This document shows, in pieces, positions 17,255 to 28,480 of a DNA stretch of 51,601 nucleotides; position 1 is the first letter of the stretch, and each line of letters begins with the position of its first letter. The DNA comes from Bacteroidales bacterium. GTDB taxonomy: Bacteria; Bacteroidota; Bacteroidia; Bacteroidales; VadinHA17. The stretch lies in contig DOTV01000196.1 of NCBI GenBank assembly GCA_003520925.1, forward strand, positions 1-51,601. The letters are read 5' to 3'. A program made the position numbers and the translations under genes. The notes below the pieces were generated by a model. That model was not told the DNA's origin and did not search any database. It worked only from the letters and a program-made list of their open reading frames with translations.

Positions 17255-17451
17255 GAAAATAATCTTTTACCGGCTCATAAAATAAGATCAAACGAGAGGC
17301 TTTCCCTAAAAAAACCGGTTGATGTTATTAACATTTTAACAACACATTGTCACCATTCCCGGAAAAGAATTATAAATGAAATGAGCCTGATGCAGTTAAA
17401 AATATTCCGGCTGAAAAATATTATCTTCGTACCTTTAATAAAATCTTTCGG

Positions 17452-18587
17452 ATGAGAGATATTCAGATGGTTGACCTGAAGACACAGTATGAAAGAATCA
17501 GGTCTGAAATTGATGATGCAATTTTTTCCGTAATAAATTCGACAGCCTTTATTAAGGGACCGGGAGTAAAATTATTCGAGGAGGAATTACAGACATATCT
17601 TGGAGTAAAACATGTCATCTCATGCGCCAACGGGACAGATGCTCTTCAGATAGCAATGATGTCGCTCGGGCTGAAACCCGGGGATGAGGTCATCACCACA
17701 AATTTCACTTTTATTGCCACAGTCGAAGCAGTTGCCCTGTTGGGATTGAAACCTGTTATTGCCGATCCGGAACCAGGAAATTTTAACCTGTCAGTTAAGG
17801 AAATCAGGAATGCCATAACACCTAAGACGCGGGCAATAGTCCCCGTACATCTTTTCGGGCAATGTTCTGATATGGACGGGATAATGAAGCTTGCCCGGGA
17901 ATATGATCTTCTCGTTATTGAAGATGCCGCTCAGGCAACAGGAACCGATTATTACTTTCCCGACGGCACCACAAAAAAGGCCGGGACAATAGGGAACGCA
18001 GGTACTACATCCTTTTTCCCTTCAAAGAACCTTGGATGTTACGGTGATGGAGGAGCAGTTTATACAAATGACGATGAGCTGGCAGGTAAGCTGAGGAGCA
18101 TTGCAAATCACGGAATGAAAATGCGGTATCATTACAATGATATTGGTGTCAACTCAAGGCTCGACACAATACAGGCGGAAATATTAAGAGTCAAGTTGAG
18201 ATATCTCGATCAGTTCAATGATGCCAGAAGAGCTGTTGCCGATTATTACGATAAAGCCTTTGAAGGTTGTTCCGGTATTGAAGTTCCTGTAAGGGAAAGC
18301 TATTCATCCCATATTTTTCATCAATATACAATCAGGATTGAAAACGGTAAAAGGGATCCCCTGAAGAGGCATCTTGAAGAAAATAAAATCCCTGCAATGA
18401 TCTATTATCCCGGGCCGCTGCACATGCAGGAAGCCTACCGCTATCTGGGGTATAGGGAATCTGATTTCCCGGTTACAGACAAGCTGTGTAAAACGGTTCT
18501 GTCTCTGCCAATCCACACTGAAATGGAGAAGGATCAGCTGGATTTTATCACTAAAACAATCCTAAACTTTTTTGAAAGAAATCAATA

Positions 18588-18588
<1 letters not shown>
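17452..18588 (+). CDS. wbpE: DegT/DnrJ family sugar aminotransferase (WbpE/PorR-like)
   Basis: [46 protein letters not shown]; next to wbpD and wbpB homologues. Confidence 0.85.
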
Positions 18589-20146
<1,558 letters not shown>

Positions 20147-20176
20147 AAAAGCGTTGAAAACCATTTACAGGAGCAT

Positions 20177-21211
20177 ATGATGAAAAAGAAAATAATTGTG
20201 ACAGGAGGGACAGGATATATAGGGTCCCATACGACTGTTGAGCTTATTGAAGATGGATTTGAAGTAGTTATTATCGATAACCTCTATAACTCCGAAGCAG
20301 AAGTTGCTGACCGGATCTTTCAGATAACCGGGATCAGGCCTTTACTTGCTGTTTTTGATCTATGTGACAGGGAAAAATTGCAATCTTTCCTTCAGAGCCA
20401 GGGAAACATTGATGGCATAATTCATTTCGCCGCATATAAGGCTGTTGGTGAATCAGTTAACAAACCACTTGAATATTACCGGAACAATCTCCTGTCCTTG
20501 ATCAACCTCCTGGAAGCCATGAAAACCTGCGGCATCCCGAATCTTGTGTTTTCCTCATCATGTACCGTCTACGGACAGCCGGCTAAGCTCCCTGTGGCAG
20601 AAGATGCACCAGTTCAGCCGGCAATGTCGCCTTATGGAAACACAAAGCAGATCGGCGAAGAGATAATACGAGACACCGCCGCTGCAACAGAAAAAATAAA
20701 AGCAATCGCATTAAGATATTTTAATCCTATAGGAGCACATCCCTCAGCACTCATCGGTGAGCTTCCAAGAGGAGTCCCCGAGAATCTTGTTCCTTATATA
20801 ACCCAGACTGCCTATGGTCTCCGGAAAGAGCTGAAGGTTTTCGGCAATGATTACAATACTCCCGACGGCTCATGTATAAGGGATTACCTTCATGTTGTTG
20901 ACCTGGCCAAAGCTCATGTAACAGCAGTAAAAAGACTTGTTGAGAACAAGAACAAATCTGACTATGAGGTCTTTAATCTCGGAACGGGCATGGGAGTATC
21001 AGTTCTTGAAGCAATTAAATCGTTTGAACGGGTTACAGGAATAAATCTGAATTACCAGATCACCGGGCGCAGGGCAGGAGATATTGAAAAGATATGGGCC
21101 GATCCATCACTTGCTAACAGGGAACTTGGGTGGAGGACCGTCAGTACCCTTGATGAATCGATGAAAACAGCCTGGGAATGGGAAAAATATATACGAAAGG
21201 ATAAAAAATAA
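20177..21211 (+). CDS. galE: UDP-glucose 4-epimerase
   Basis: TGGTGYIGSH, HFAAYKAVGESV, SSSCTVYG, YGNTK, LRYFNPIGAH, RDYLHV. Confidence 0.95.
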   Translation: MMKKKIIVTGGTGYIGSHTTVELIEDGFEVVIIDNLYNSEAEVADRIFQITGIRPLLAVFDLCDREKLQSFLQSQGNIDGIIHFAAYKAVGESVNKPLEYYRNNLLSLINLLEAMKTCGIPNLVFSSSCTVYGQPAKLPVAEDAPVQPAMSPYGNTKQIGEEIIRDTAAATEKIKAIALRYFNPIGAHPSALIGELPRGVPENLVPYITQTAYGLRKELKVFGNDYNTPDGSCIRDYLHVVDLAKAHVTAVKRLVENKNKSDYEVFNLGTGMGVSVLEAIKSFERVTGINLNYQITGRRAGDIEKIWADPSLANRELGWRTVSTLDESMKTAWEWEKYIRKDKK

Positions 21212-22272
21212 TGGCACCTGAAAAAACAATACTCGTGACCGGAGGCGCCGGATTCATTGGATCACATGTGGTGAGGAGGTTTGTAACCAAATATCCCGGA
21301 TACAGGATTATAAATGCTGACAAGCTTACTTATGCAGGAAATCTGGAGAATCTCACAGATATAGAGGAAAAGAGAAATTACCTTTTCGAAAAGACCGATA
21401 TTGTCAATAAACAGGCTGTTTCAGATCTTTTCTTTAAGTACCGCTTTGACGGAATAATACATCTGGCAGCAGAATCGCATGTTGACAGGTCAATCACTGC
21501 ACCCGATGAATTTGTTCATACAAATATTGTAGGAACAGTTAACCTGCTTAATGCAGCTCTCAGCTTATGGAAGGAGGATACTGAAGGAAAATTGTTTTAT
21601 CATATTTCCACGGATGAAGTTTACGGATCACTTGGAAGAGTAGGATTGTTCACAGAGGAAACTGCATATGATCCTAAAAGTCCATATTCTGCCTCGAAGG
21701 CCAGCTCCGACCATATGGTAAGGGCATATGGCCATACATTCGGTCTTCCTGTAATAATTTCAAACTGTTCAAATAATTACGGCCCGAACCAGTTCCCGGA
21801 GAAACTGATTCCTCTTGCAATAAATAACATTAAGAACAACAGGTCAATTCCAGTTTATGGAAAGGGCGAAAATATACGCGACTGGCTCTATGTTGAAGAC
21901 CATGCCTCAGCAATTGACCTGATATTTCATAAGGGAAAGATTGGTGAGACTTATAATATCGGCGGTAATAACGAATGGAAAAACATTGACCTGATAAAGC
22001 TCCTCTGCAAAATCATGGACAGGAAGCTTGGTCGTCAGGAAGGGTCTTCAGAAAAGCTGATTATTTACGTAAAGGACCGGCCGGGGCACGACCTTCGGTA
22101 CGCTATAGATTCATCAAAGCTTCAGAATGAACTTGGGTGGGCACCAATACCTGAATTTGCTGCCGGACTTGAAAAGACAGTTGACTGGTATCTCTCCAAC
22201 AGCAAGTGGCTCGAAAGGATTATCTCGGGAGATTATGAGAAATATTATGACAGGATGTACTCGGGCAGATAA
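21211..22272 (+). CDS. rfbB: dTDP-glucose 4,6-dehydratase
   Basis: TGGAGFIGS, DKLTYAGN, HLAAESHVDRSI, STDEVYG, YSASK, NNYGP.QFPEKLIP, DRPGHD.RYA. Confidence 0.96.
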   Translation: MAPEKTILVTGGAGFIGSHVVRRFVTKYPGYRIINADKLTYAGNLENLTDIEEKRNYLFEKTDIVNKQAVSDLFFKYRFDGIIHLAAESHVDRSITAPDEFVHTNIVGTVNLLNAALSLWKEDTEGKLFYHISTDEVYGSLGRVGLFTEETAYDPKSPYSASKASSDHMVRAYGHTFGLPVIISNCSNNYGPNQFPEKLIPLAINNIKNNRSIPVYGKGENIRDWLYVEDHASAIDLIFHKGKIGETYNIGGNNEWKNIDLIKLLCKIMDRKLGRQEGSSEKLIIYVKDRPGHDLRYAIDSSKLQNELGWAPIPEFAAGLEKTVDWYLSNSKWLERIISGDYEKYYDRMYSGR

Positions 22273-22277
22273 ACAGC

Positions 22278-24278
22278 TCAGTTCTTAAAACTGTTCATCC
22301 TTTTAATAAGCTCATCTCCCAGGGCACTCTTTTGCTTTATATGTTCCTGTATGGCGGCGACAACGCTGTTTGAATGAAAATCCCCTCTGACTTCTTCAAA
22401 ATCAAGCTTTTTGATCTCATCACCACCATCAATTCCAAAGCCGGTCATCGAAGACAGATTGAATTCCTTCCTGGCATCATCATAAAGCATTTTATCGAGG
22501 TCGATAACACTTTTTTTCCATTTTTCAACCATACCTATCACGTCAGCAGCTGTGAAATCTTTAACAGATTTCCCGGTCTCTTCCTCAATCCTCTCACATG
22601 CCCATGTCCACTCCCATTTGTAATAAGATCCATGCATCTTCCTGAATGCTTCCGCAACCCCTTCGATTGTATTTATTTTGTCCGATTCGATATCATCAAG
22701 TAACTTGCTTACTGCCTGTTTTGGTGCAATCAATCCTGCAATGTCTACCCACTCACCTTTCCCCATCGACTGATCAGGAGCGAGCCTTTTACGCAATTCA
22801 CCGTTCGATTTAAAATTAATGTTCTCAAGTCTTTTGATAAGAGAGTTGCCAAGGAATTTATTTATCCCGGTCTGGTACAACTCAATTCCCTTTTCAAGCG
22901 AACTGCCTTTGATCTTCATATTATTGTAAGAATAGGATCCGGAACCTGTTCCAGATACCGCTTTGAGTTTGCGGAGGAGCTCCCTTCCTTCGAACATTTT
23001 TCGAATAGTATACGGGCTAAGAAGATTGAAATTAACCTGATCGTGTTTGACAGGATCTTTTCTCCTGTCGCGGACAGGCCACTTCTGTGCATCCCTTATT
23101 GTACCAACGCTTCTCAGGTTTATGCCCGGAACGAGTATGCTTTCATCGTTGCTTTCAATAAGATATGAGAAAGGAAGTGATGAAGTATCCATATTCTTGT
23201 AATGACGACCCATAACAAGGGTGTAAGGACCAATACGGGCGGGCCAAAGCACATAAGAATCGCTTGTAGTTTTGGATCCCCTTTCCATTATACCCTGATG
23301 TATGGGGCCAAGTTTGTACATGTGATTGCTCTGATTCGATCCGCTGCCTGCATTCATGAACGAGAAAATACCAGCAATGAGCAGAGTCGATTTATGGTGG
23401 GTTACAGTATACGGACCTGCAAATATTGAACATGCTTCGCCGTGATAGCCTCCGCAGTTTGCAAAAAAAAGCGAATTCTCAGCTGAGTAGTGCTTCCCCA
23501 GAACGCACCCCTGACCAATAAAGCATTTGTCAATGAGGGTCGATTCAGTCACAATTGAACCGGAGCAGACAATGAAATGTTCCATAATTACTCCGGGTCC
23601 GATGAATACAGGATCCTCCCTGCAGCTGTTAACCGATCCTTCATCAAGCTTTATGCTCTCCTCGATGTGGCTGAAAGGGCCGATCCTGACATTCCTGATC
23701 TGCCTGCAGCTCATTATCCTGGAACCTGTTCCGATTATTCCGGTATCAGAACTTTTCGATTTTGAATAGTCGCGTATCATAAGCTCCATTTTCTTTATAG
23801 CTTTTACACGGTGACGGTAAAGAGCTATAATATATGCCTGATGCGCCGACAGATGGTCCCAGATCATCACTGACCTGCCGCCTGTTTCATTAAGAACAGC
23901 TACTTCAGTTCCGTTGCCGAAGGAAGAGAAGCCATGCATACTTATCTTTCCGCAGTTAGAAATGACCACATCATCTTCAATCCGGTAATTTGCAATATAG
24001 TCCCCTATGTTCTTAATAAGCACATTTGAACCAATATCACAATTGTGAATGTGTGCATTGATAATACCGCACATAACGCTTACCCCCGACTCGTCGGTAT
24101 ATGATTTCCCGAAGCTCCCAAGCCTTATGTCACCCGAAAAAGTGACATTAATGCACCTTGAGGGATCAAATCCTTCTGTCACCTGAACCCTGCCCCAGTC
24201 ATCACAACTGCAGCTGTTTGAAATCAGTTCTTTTATCTCCGCTACAGTAAGTTTTCTGAATTTATTGGTGGATTTCAT
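22278..24278 (-). CDS. DUF4954 family protein (left-handed beta-helix-like, uncharacterised)
   Basis: FGNGTEVAVLNETGGR, FAGPYTVTHHKSTLLIAG, NAGSGSNQSNHMYKLGPIHQG motifs. Start placed at ATG 24278 because the longer ORF overlaps glmS. Confidence 0.8.
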   Translation of the reverse strand: MKSTNKFRKLTVAEIKELISNSCSCDDWGRVQVTEGFDPSRCINVTFSGDIRLGSFGKSYTDESGVSVMCGIINAHIHNCDIGSNVLIKNIGDYIANYRIEDDVVISNCGKISMHGFSSFGNGTEVAVLNETGGRSVMIWDHLSAHQAYIIALYRHRVKAIKKMELMIRDYSKSKSSDTGIIGTGSRIMSCRQIRNVRIGPFSHIEESIKLDEGSVNSCREDPVFIGPGVIMEHFIVCSGSIVTESTLIDKCFIGQGCVLGKHYSAENSLFFANCGGYHGEACSIFAGPYTVTHHKSTLLIAGIFSFMNAGSGSNQSNHMYKLGPIHQGIMERGSKTTSDSYVLWPARIGPYTLVMGRHYKNMDTSSLPFSYLIESNDESILVPGINLRSVGTIRDAQKWPVRDRRKDPVKHDQVNFNLLSPYTIRKMFEGRELLRKLKAVSGTGSGSYSYNNMKIKGSSLEKGIELYQTGINKFLGNSLIKRLENINFKSNGELRKRLAPDQSMGKGEWVDIAGLIAPKQAVSKLLDDIESDKINTIEGVAEAFRKMHGSYYKWEWTWACERIEEETGKSVKDFTAADVIGMVEKWKKSVIDLDKMLYDDARKEFNLSSMTGFGIDGGDEIKKLDFEEVRGDFHSNSVVAAIQEHIKQKSALGDELIKRMNSFKN

Positions 24279-24297
24279 TACAGAAGGGTTTTTTGTT

Positions 24298-26133
24298 CTA
24301 TTCAACAGTAACAGATTTGGCAAGATTTCTTGGCTGATCGACATTGCATCCCCTGAGGACTGCAATGTGGTACGATAACAGCTGAAGGGGAATAACTGCC
24401 AGTATTCCCGAAAATGCCGGAAGCGTCTCCGGAACCTCAAGGACGTAATCAGCCATTTTCCGTATTAGCTCGTCGCCTTCGGTCACAATGGCTATTACAT
24501 TTCCCTTTCTTGCCTTGATTTCCTGGATATTACTTACAATCTTATCGTAAATATCGTCCTTTGTCGCAACGACTACTACAGGCATGTTTTCATCAATAAG
24601 GGCGATAGGACCATGTTTCATTTCAGCTGCCGGGTAACCTTCGGCATGGATATAGGATATCTCCTTAAGCTTTAGTGCTCCTTCGAGTGCAACAGGGAAA
24701 AGATATCCCCTGCCAAGGTACAGTGCATTTCTGGTTTGCTGATATTTTTTTGCAAGCTCAAGGGCCTGGTCGTTTACCTGAAGCGTCTTTTCAATTTTTG
24801 CCGGAATGGAGACCAGTTCATCAATGAGCTGACTATAGGTTTCAGCTGTGATCACACCTTTCAGAAAGCCAATTTCGAATGCCATCATTGCCAACACTGT
24901 AACCTGTGTTGTAAAAGCCTTGGTGGATGCAACTCCTATTTCAGGACCTGCATGTGTATAGACCCCCGCATCAGTTTCGCGCGGGATGCTTGAACCGACA
25001 ACATTGCAGATACCGATTACTTTTGCTCCCCGTTCCTTTGCCATTTTTACCGCGGCCAGAGTATCGGCAGTCTCACCGCTCTGGCTTATTGCAATCACGA
25101 TATCGCCCTTCTTTATTATAGGATCCCTGTAGCGGAATTCCGATGCATATTCAACCTCAACAGGTATCCTTGTAAATTCCTCAAAGAGATACTCACCTAG
25201 TAAACCTGCATGCCATGAAGTGCCGCAGGCTACAATGATAATTTTTTCCGATTGTGAAACTGTTTCCAGAACATTATGAAGGCCGCCCAGCATTATTCCG
25301 CTGTGATCGGGAAGAACTCTTCCCCTGAATGTGTCGTGTATTGCTCTTGGCTGTTCAAATATCTCCTTAAGCATGAAGTGAGCAAATCCTTCCTTATCAA
25401 TCTCCCCGATCTTAAGGTCGACTTCCTTTACTTCAGGTTCAATATTTTTCGGACGTATTGATTTGAGTATCAGTTCATCTCTCTTAATAATTGCAATGTC
25501 ATCATCCTTCAGATAAATAACCCTTTGTGTGTATTCAACAATAGGTGTGGCATCGGAAGCAATGAAATTCTCTCCCTCTCCTACACCTATCACCAGAGGA
25601 CTTCCTTTTCTGGCTGCAAAGAGCCTGTCGGTTTCCTTTGTACATATTATGACGAGCCCATATGCCCCCTCAACCCTGTTAAGTGCAAGTGTGATTGCCT
25701 GTTCCGCTGTAAGATCGCCCTCAAGGTAGAGGTGTTCGATAAGATTGGCAAGCACTTCTGTGTCGGTCTGGCTGTTGAACTGGATCCCGCGGCTTTGCAA
25801 ATGTTTTTTGATCAGTGCGTAATTTTCGATTATCCCGTTATGGACCACAATAAAATTACCTTTATATGAAACCTGAGGGTGAGCATTTAATTCATTTGGT
25901 TCCCCATGCGTTGCCCATCTTGTATGACCCATCCCCACCGTTCCGTTAAAATCAGAGCTGTTAACCATCTTTTCCAGATCCTCAACTCTGCCTTTGCATT
26001 TTAAGATCTTTGTTTCCCCGTTGATAATAGCCAGCCCGGCAGAGTCATATCCCCGGTATTCAAGTCGTTTAAGCCCTTTAATTACGATTTCCCTTGCAGG
26101 TTTTAATCCGATATACCCAACTATTCCGCACAT
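24298..26133 (-). CDS. glmS: Glutamine-fructose-6-phosphate aminotransferase
   Basis: MCGIVG, LEYRGYDSAG, GHTRWATHG, SQSGETADT, VASTKA, PRNLAKSVTVE. Confidence 0.98.
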   Translation of the reverse strand: MCGIVGYIGLKPAREIVIKGLKRLEYRGYDSAGLAIINGETKILKCKGRVEDLEKMVNSSDFNGTVGMGHTRWATHGEPNELNAHPQVSYKGNFIVVHNGIIENYALIKKHLQSRGIQFNSQTDTEVLANLIEHLYLEGDLTAEQAITLALNRVEGAYGLVIICTKETDRLFAARKGSPLVIGVGEGENFIASDATPIVEYTQRVIYLKDDDIAIIKRDELILKSIRPKNIEPEVKEVDLKIGEIDKEGFAHFMLKEIFEQPRAIHDTFRGRVLPDHSGIMLGGLHNVLETVSQSEKIIIVACGTSWHAGLLGEYLFEEFTRIPVEVEYASEFRYRDPIIKKGDIVIAISQSGETADTLAAVKMAKERGAKVIGICNVVGSSIPRETDAGVYTHAGPEIGVASTKAFTTQVTVLAMMAFEIGFLKGVITAETYSQLIDELVSIPAKIEKTLQVNDQALELAKKYQQTRNALYLGRGYLFPVALEGALKLKEISYIHAEGYPAAEMKHGPIALIDENMPVVVVATKDDIYDKIVSNIQEIKARKGNVIAIVTEGDELIRKMADYVLEVPETLPAFSGILAVIPLQLLSYHIAVLRGCNVDQPRNLAKSVTVE

Positions 26134-26241
26134 AAGCTATTATTATTAGAAATGAAAAATCACGGGCCGAAGTTCAGTCCGTATCAGCTGAAAAAACGGT
26201 TGAATGATTTCAATTATTGCAGAAGTGTATAAAGAAGGTGT

Positions 26242-27048
26242 TCAGGAGAGCAACTTATCATAAAAGTCATTATAGGCATCTATGTACTTGTCCTCTTCCT
26301 GGAAAGAAAGAACAGGCTTGTTTAAGGTCTTAAGGTATTTCGACAATTCAGTATTTATATCTTCACTTCCGACTATTACCGCATCGGAGTATTTAATTGC
26401 AAGTTTGGAAACACTGACAAAATCGGGATTCTTTACGAGCTTAAGGCTTTCCCCGTCAATTCCGTCGTATCTTAACTTATCGGCAAAAGTTGATCTGAAA
26501 GGAGCTATGAAATCATTGCTATAGACTGAATAGACTATTTTATAATTATGGAACAGGGGATCATCATTATAAATACTCCTGAGATACACAGGGACCAGTG
26601 ATGCCATCCATCCATGGCAATGAACTATGTCAGGAGCCCATCTCAGTTTTTTTACAGTCTCAATCACACCCCGGGCAAAAAAGAGAGCCCGCTCATCATT
26701 ATCTTCAAATTCTCTGCCCGAAGAATCCGAAACAGTGTGTTTCCTCTGGAAATAATCATCATTGTCAATAAAGTAAACCTGCATGCGTGCCGACTGTATC
26801 GAGGCAACCTTTATTATAAGAGGATGGTCGGTGTCGTCGATAATAAGATTCATACCTGAGAGCCTTATTACCTCATGAAGCTGGTTTCTTCTTTCATTAA
26901 TGCTTCCGTACCGCGGCATAAAGGTCCTGATTTCCTTACCCCTTTCCTGAATTCCCTGTGGGAGATATCTGCCTATCTTTGATAACTTGGTTTCGCCTAA
27001 ATATGGAGTGATCTCCTGAGAAATAAACAATACTTTCTTGCTTTCCAT
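26242..27048 (-). CDS. Glycogen/starch synthase N-terminal (GT5) domain-only protein
   Basis: VLFISQEITPY, RTFMPRYG, VYFIDN, DNDERALFF, PDIVHCHGW; only 268 aa, with no KxGGL motif and no C-terminal GT-B domain. Confidence 0.85.
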   Translation of the reverse strand: MESKKVLFISQEITPYLGETKLSKIGRYLPQGIQERGKEIRTFMPRYGSINERRNQLHEVIRLSGMNLIIDDTDHPLIIKVASIQSARMQVYFIDNDDYFQRKHTVSDSSGREFEDNDERALFFARGVIETVKKLRWAPDIVHCHGWMASLVPVYLRSIYNDDPLFHNYKIVYSVYSNDFIAPFRSTFADKLRYDGIDGESLKLVKNPDFVSVSKLAIKYSDAVIVGSEDINTELSKYLKTLNKPVLSFQEEDKYIDAYNDFYDKLLS

Positions 27049-27083
27049 TTATATGCCTGGATATACCATTCCGTAACAACTTG

Positions 27084-27091
27084 CAAAGATA
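27084..27091 (-). promoter_or_regulatory. -7 box (TATCTTTG) for the GT5-glmS-DUF4954 unit
   Basis: Exact TAnnTTTG match 35 nt before ATG 27048. Confidence 0.62.
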
Positions 27092-27197
27092 ATAATAAAA
27101 AATGATAATATTATCAATACATTGTTAATGGTATTTATGTACAACAGTCAGTTTATTTTATTTCTTTAATTACGTGACCAGATATTTTTATTTCATT

Positions 27198-27205
27198 TAG
27201 GTTTG
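27198..27205 (+). promoter_or_regulatory. -7 box (TAGGTTTG) for panC
   Basis: Exact TAnnTTTG match 17 nt before ATG 27223. Confidence 0.6.
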
Positions 27206-27222
27206 CATAAAAATCATGAATA

Positions 27223-28077
27223 ATGAAAGTAGTAAGTACTGCTGAAGAGCTTCAGAAAGCAACCAGTAGTCCGGATTCCACCCCACTCGGATTTGTACCC
27301 ACAATGGGGGCACTTCATCGCGGTCACATAACTCTTGTCCGGAATGCTGCAGGCCTCTGCCGAAAAGTTGTTGTAAGCATTTATGTCAACCCGACACAAT
27401 TCAACGATCAGGATGATCTGAAAAATTATCCAAGGACTCTTGATGATGACCTGCAATTACTCAGTCCCGTTCTGAGGGAAAATGATATTGTATTCACACC
27501 CGATGATAAAGAGATTTACCCGGTAAAGGACCGGAGGGTCTTTCATTTTGGAAATCTTGAGAATGTAATGGAGGCTTTGCACAGGCCCGGCCATTTTAAC
27601 GGGGTGGCACAGGTGGTAAGCAGGCTTTTCGAAATTGTGAAACCGGATATCGCAATTTTCGGACAAAAAGATTTTCAGCAGCTGGCAGTCATCAAAGAAC
27701 TTGTAAGACAGACAGGAAACAAGGTTAAAATTATAGACAATCCAATAGTACGGGAGGATGACGGGTTAGCCATGAGCAGCAGAAATCGTCTCCTCAGCCA
27801 GTCGATAAGGAAAAAAGCCGGCATAATCTATAAGACAATTTCTGCTGCTGCCAGCATGATAAATGAGCATGATATTCCCTATCTGATTTCTTATGTGAAG
27901 AAGAACATTGAAAGAGCAGAAGGATTCAGTGTGGAGTATTTTGAAATCGTTGATGATATTGAATTAAAACCGGTTTCTGCACGATGTGAAATGAAAAAAG
28001 AGAATAAATATTTTGGATGCATCGCAGTAAAGGCAGGAAATATCAGACTTATAGATAATATCGAAATTCCCTTGTAA
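27223..28077 (+). CDS. panC: Pantoate-beta-alanine ligase
   Basis: FVPTMGALH.GH, VNPTQF, RPGHFNGV, FGQKDFQQL, GLAMSSRN, IRLIDN. Confidence 0.97.
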   Translation: MKVVSTAEELQKATSSPDSTPLGFVPTMGALHRGHITLVRNAAGLCRKVVVSIYVNPTQFNDQDDLKNYPRTLDDDLQLLSPVLRENDIVFTPDDKEIYPVKDRRVFHFGNLENVMEALHRPGHFNGVAQVVSRLFEIVKPDIAIFGQKDFQQLAVIKELVRQTGNKVKIIDNPIVREDDGLAMSSRNRLLSQSIRKKAGIIYKTISAAASMINEHDIPYLISYVKKNIERAEGFSVEYFEIVDDIELKPVSARCEMKKENKYFGCIAVKAGNIRLIDNIEIPL

Positions 28078-28094
28078 TCAATTAAAAGGATACT

Positions 28095-28102
28095 TAAATT
28101 TG
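28095..28102 (+). promoter_or_regulatory. -7 box (TAAATTTG) for panD
   Basis: Exact TAnnTTTG match 25 nt before ATG 28128. Confidence 0.55.
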
Positions 28103-28127
28103 CAGCATACAAACTTTATATTACAAG

Positions 28128-28478
28128 ATGTTTATAGAAATATTAAAATCAAAAATACATAAGGTTACAGTTACTGAGGCAAATCTGCAGTATGTTGGCA
28201 GTGTATCCATTGATGAAGATCTGATGGATGCATCCAATATTATTGAAAATGAAAAAGTCCAGGTTCTCGACATTAACAATGGTGAACGTATCGAGACTTA
28301 CGTAATTAAAGCGAAAAGGGGTTCAGGCGAAATCTGTATGAATGGTCCGGCAGCCCGAAAAGTTTCTGTAGGCGATGTTATTATAATCATGTCATTTGCC
28401 ACGATCGATTTCGGGGAAGCAAAATCCTTCAGGCCAACAGTTATTTTTCCCGATACAAACACAAATAAACTGATCTGA
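28128..28478 (+). CDS. panD: Aspartate 1-decarboxylase proenzyme
   Basis: LKSKIH, YVG-S self-cleavage site, [15 protein letters not shown]. Confidence 0.97.
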   Translation: MFIEILKSKIHKVTVTEANLQYVGSVSIDEDLMDASNIIENEKVQVLDINNGERIETYVIKAKRGSGEICMNGPAARKVSVGDVIIIMSFATIDFGEAKSFRPTVIFPDTNTNKLI

Positions 28479-28480
28479 AT

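Noticed and set aside
26134..26241. glmS ribozyme upstream of glmS
   Set aside because: No AGCGCC cleavage-site core or GACGAGG element, and the interval is too short.
26214..26279. Short minus-strand ORF (MPIMTFMISCSPEHLLYTLLQ) as a leader peptide or DUF4270 remnant
   Set aside because: Mostly an alternative frame of the GT5 3' end; too short to distinguish from chance.
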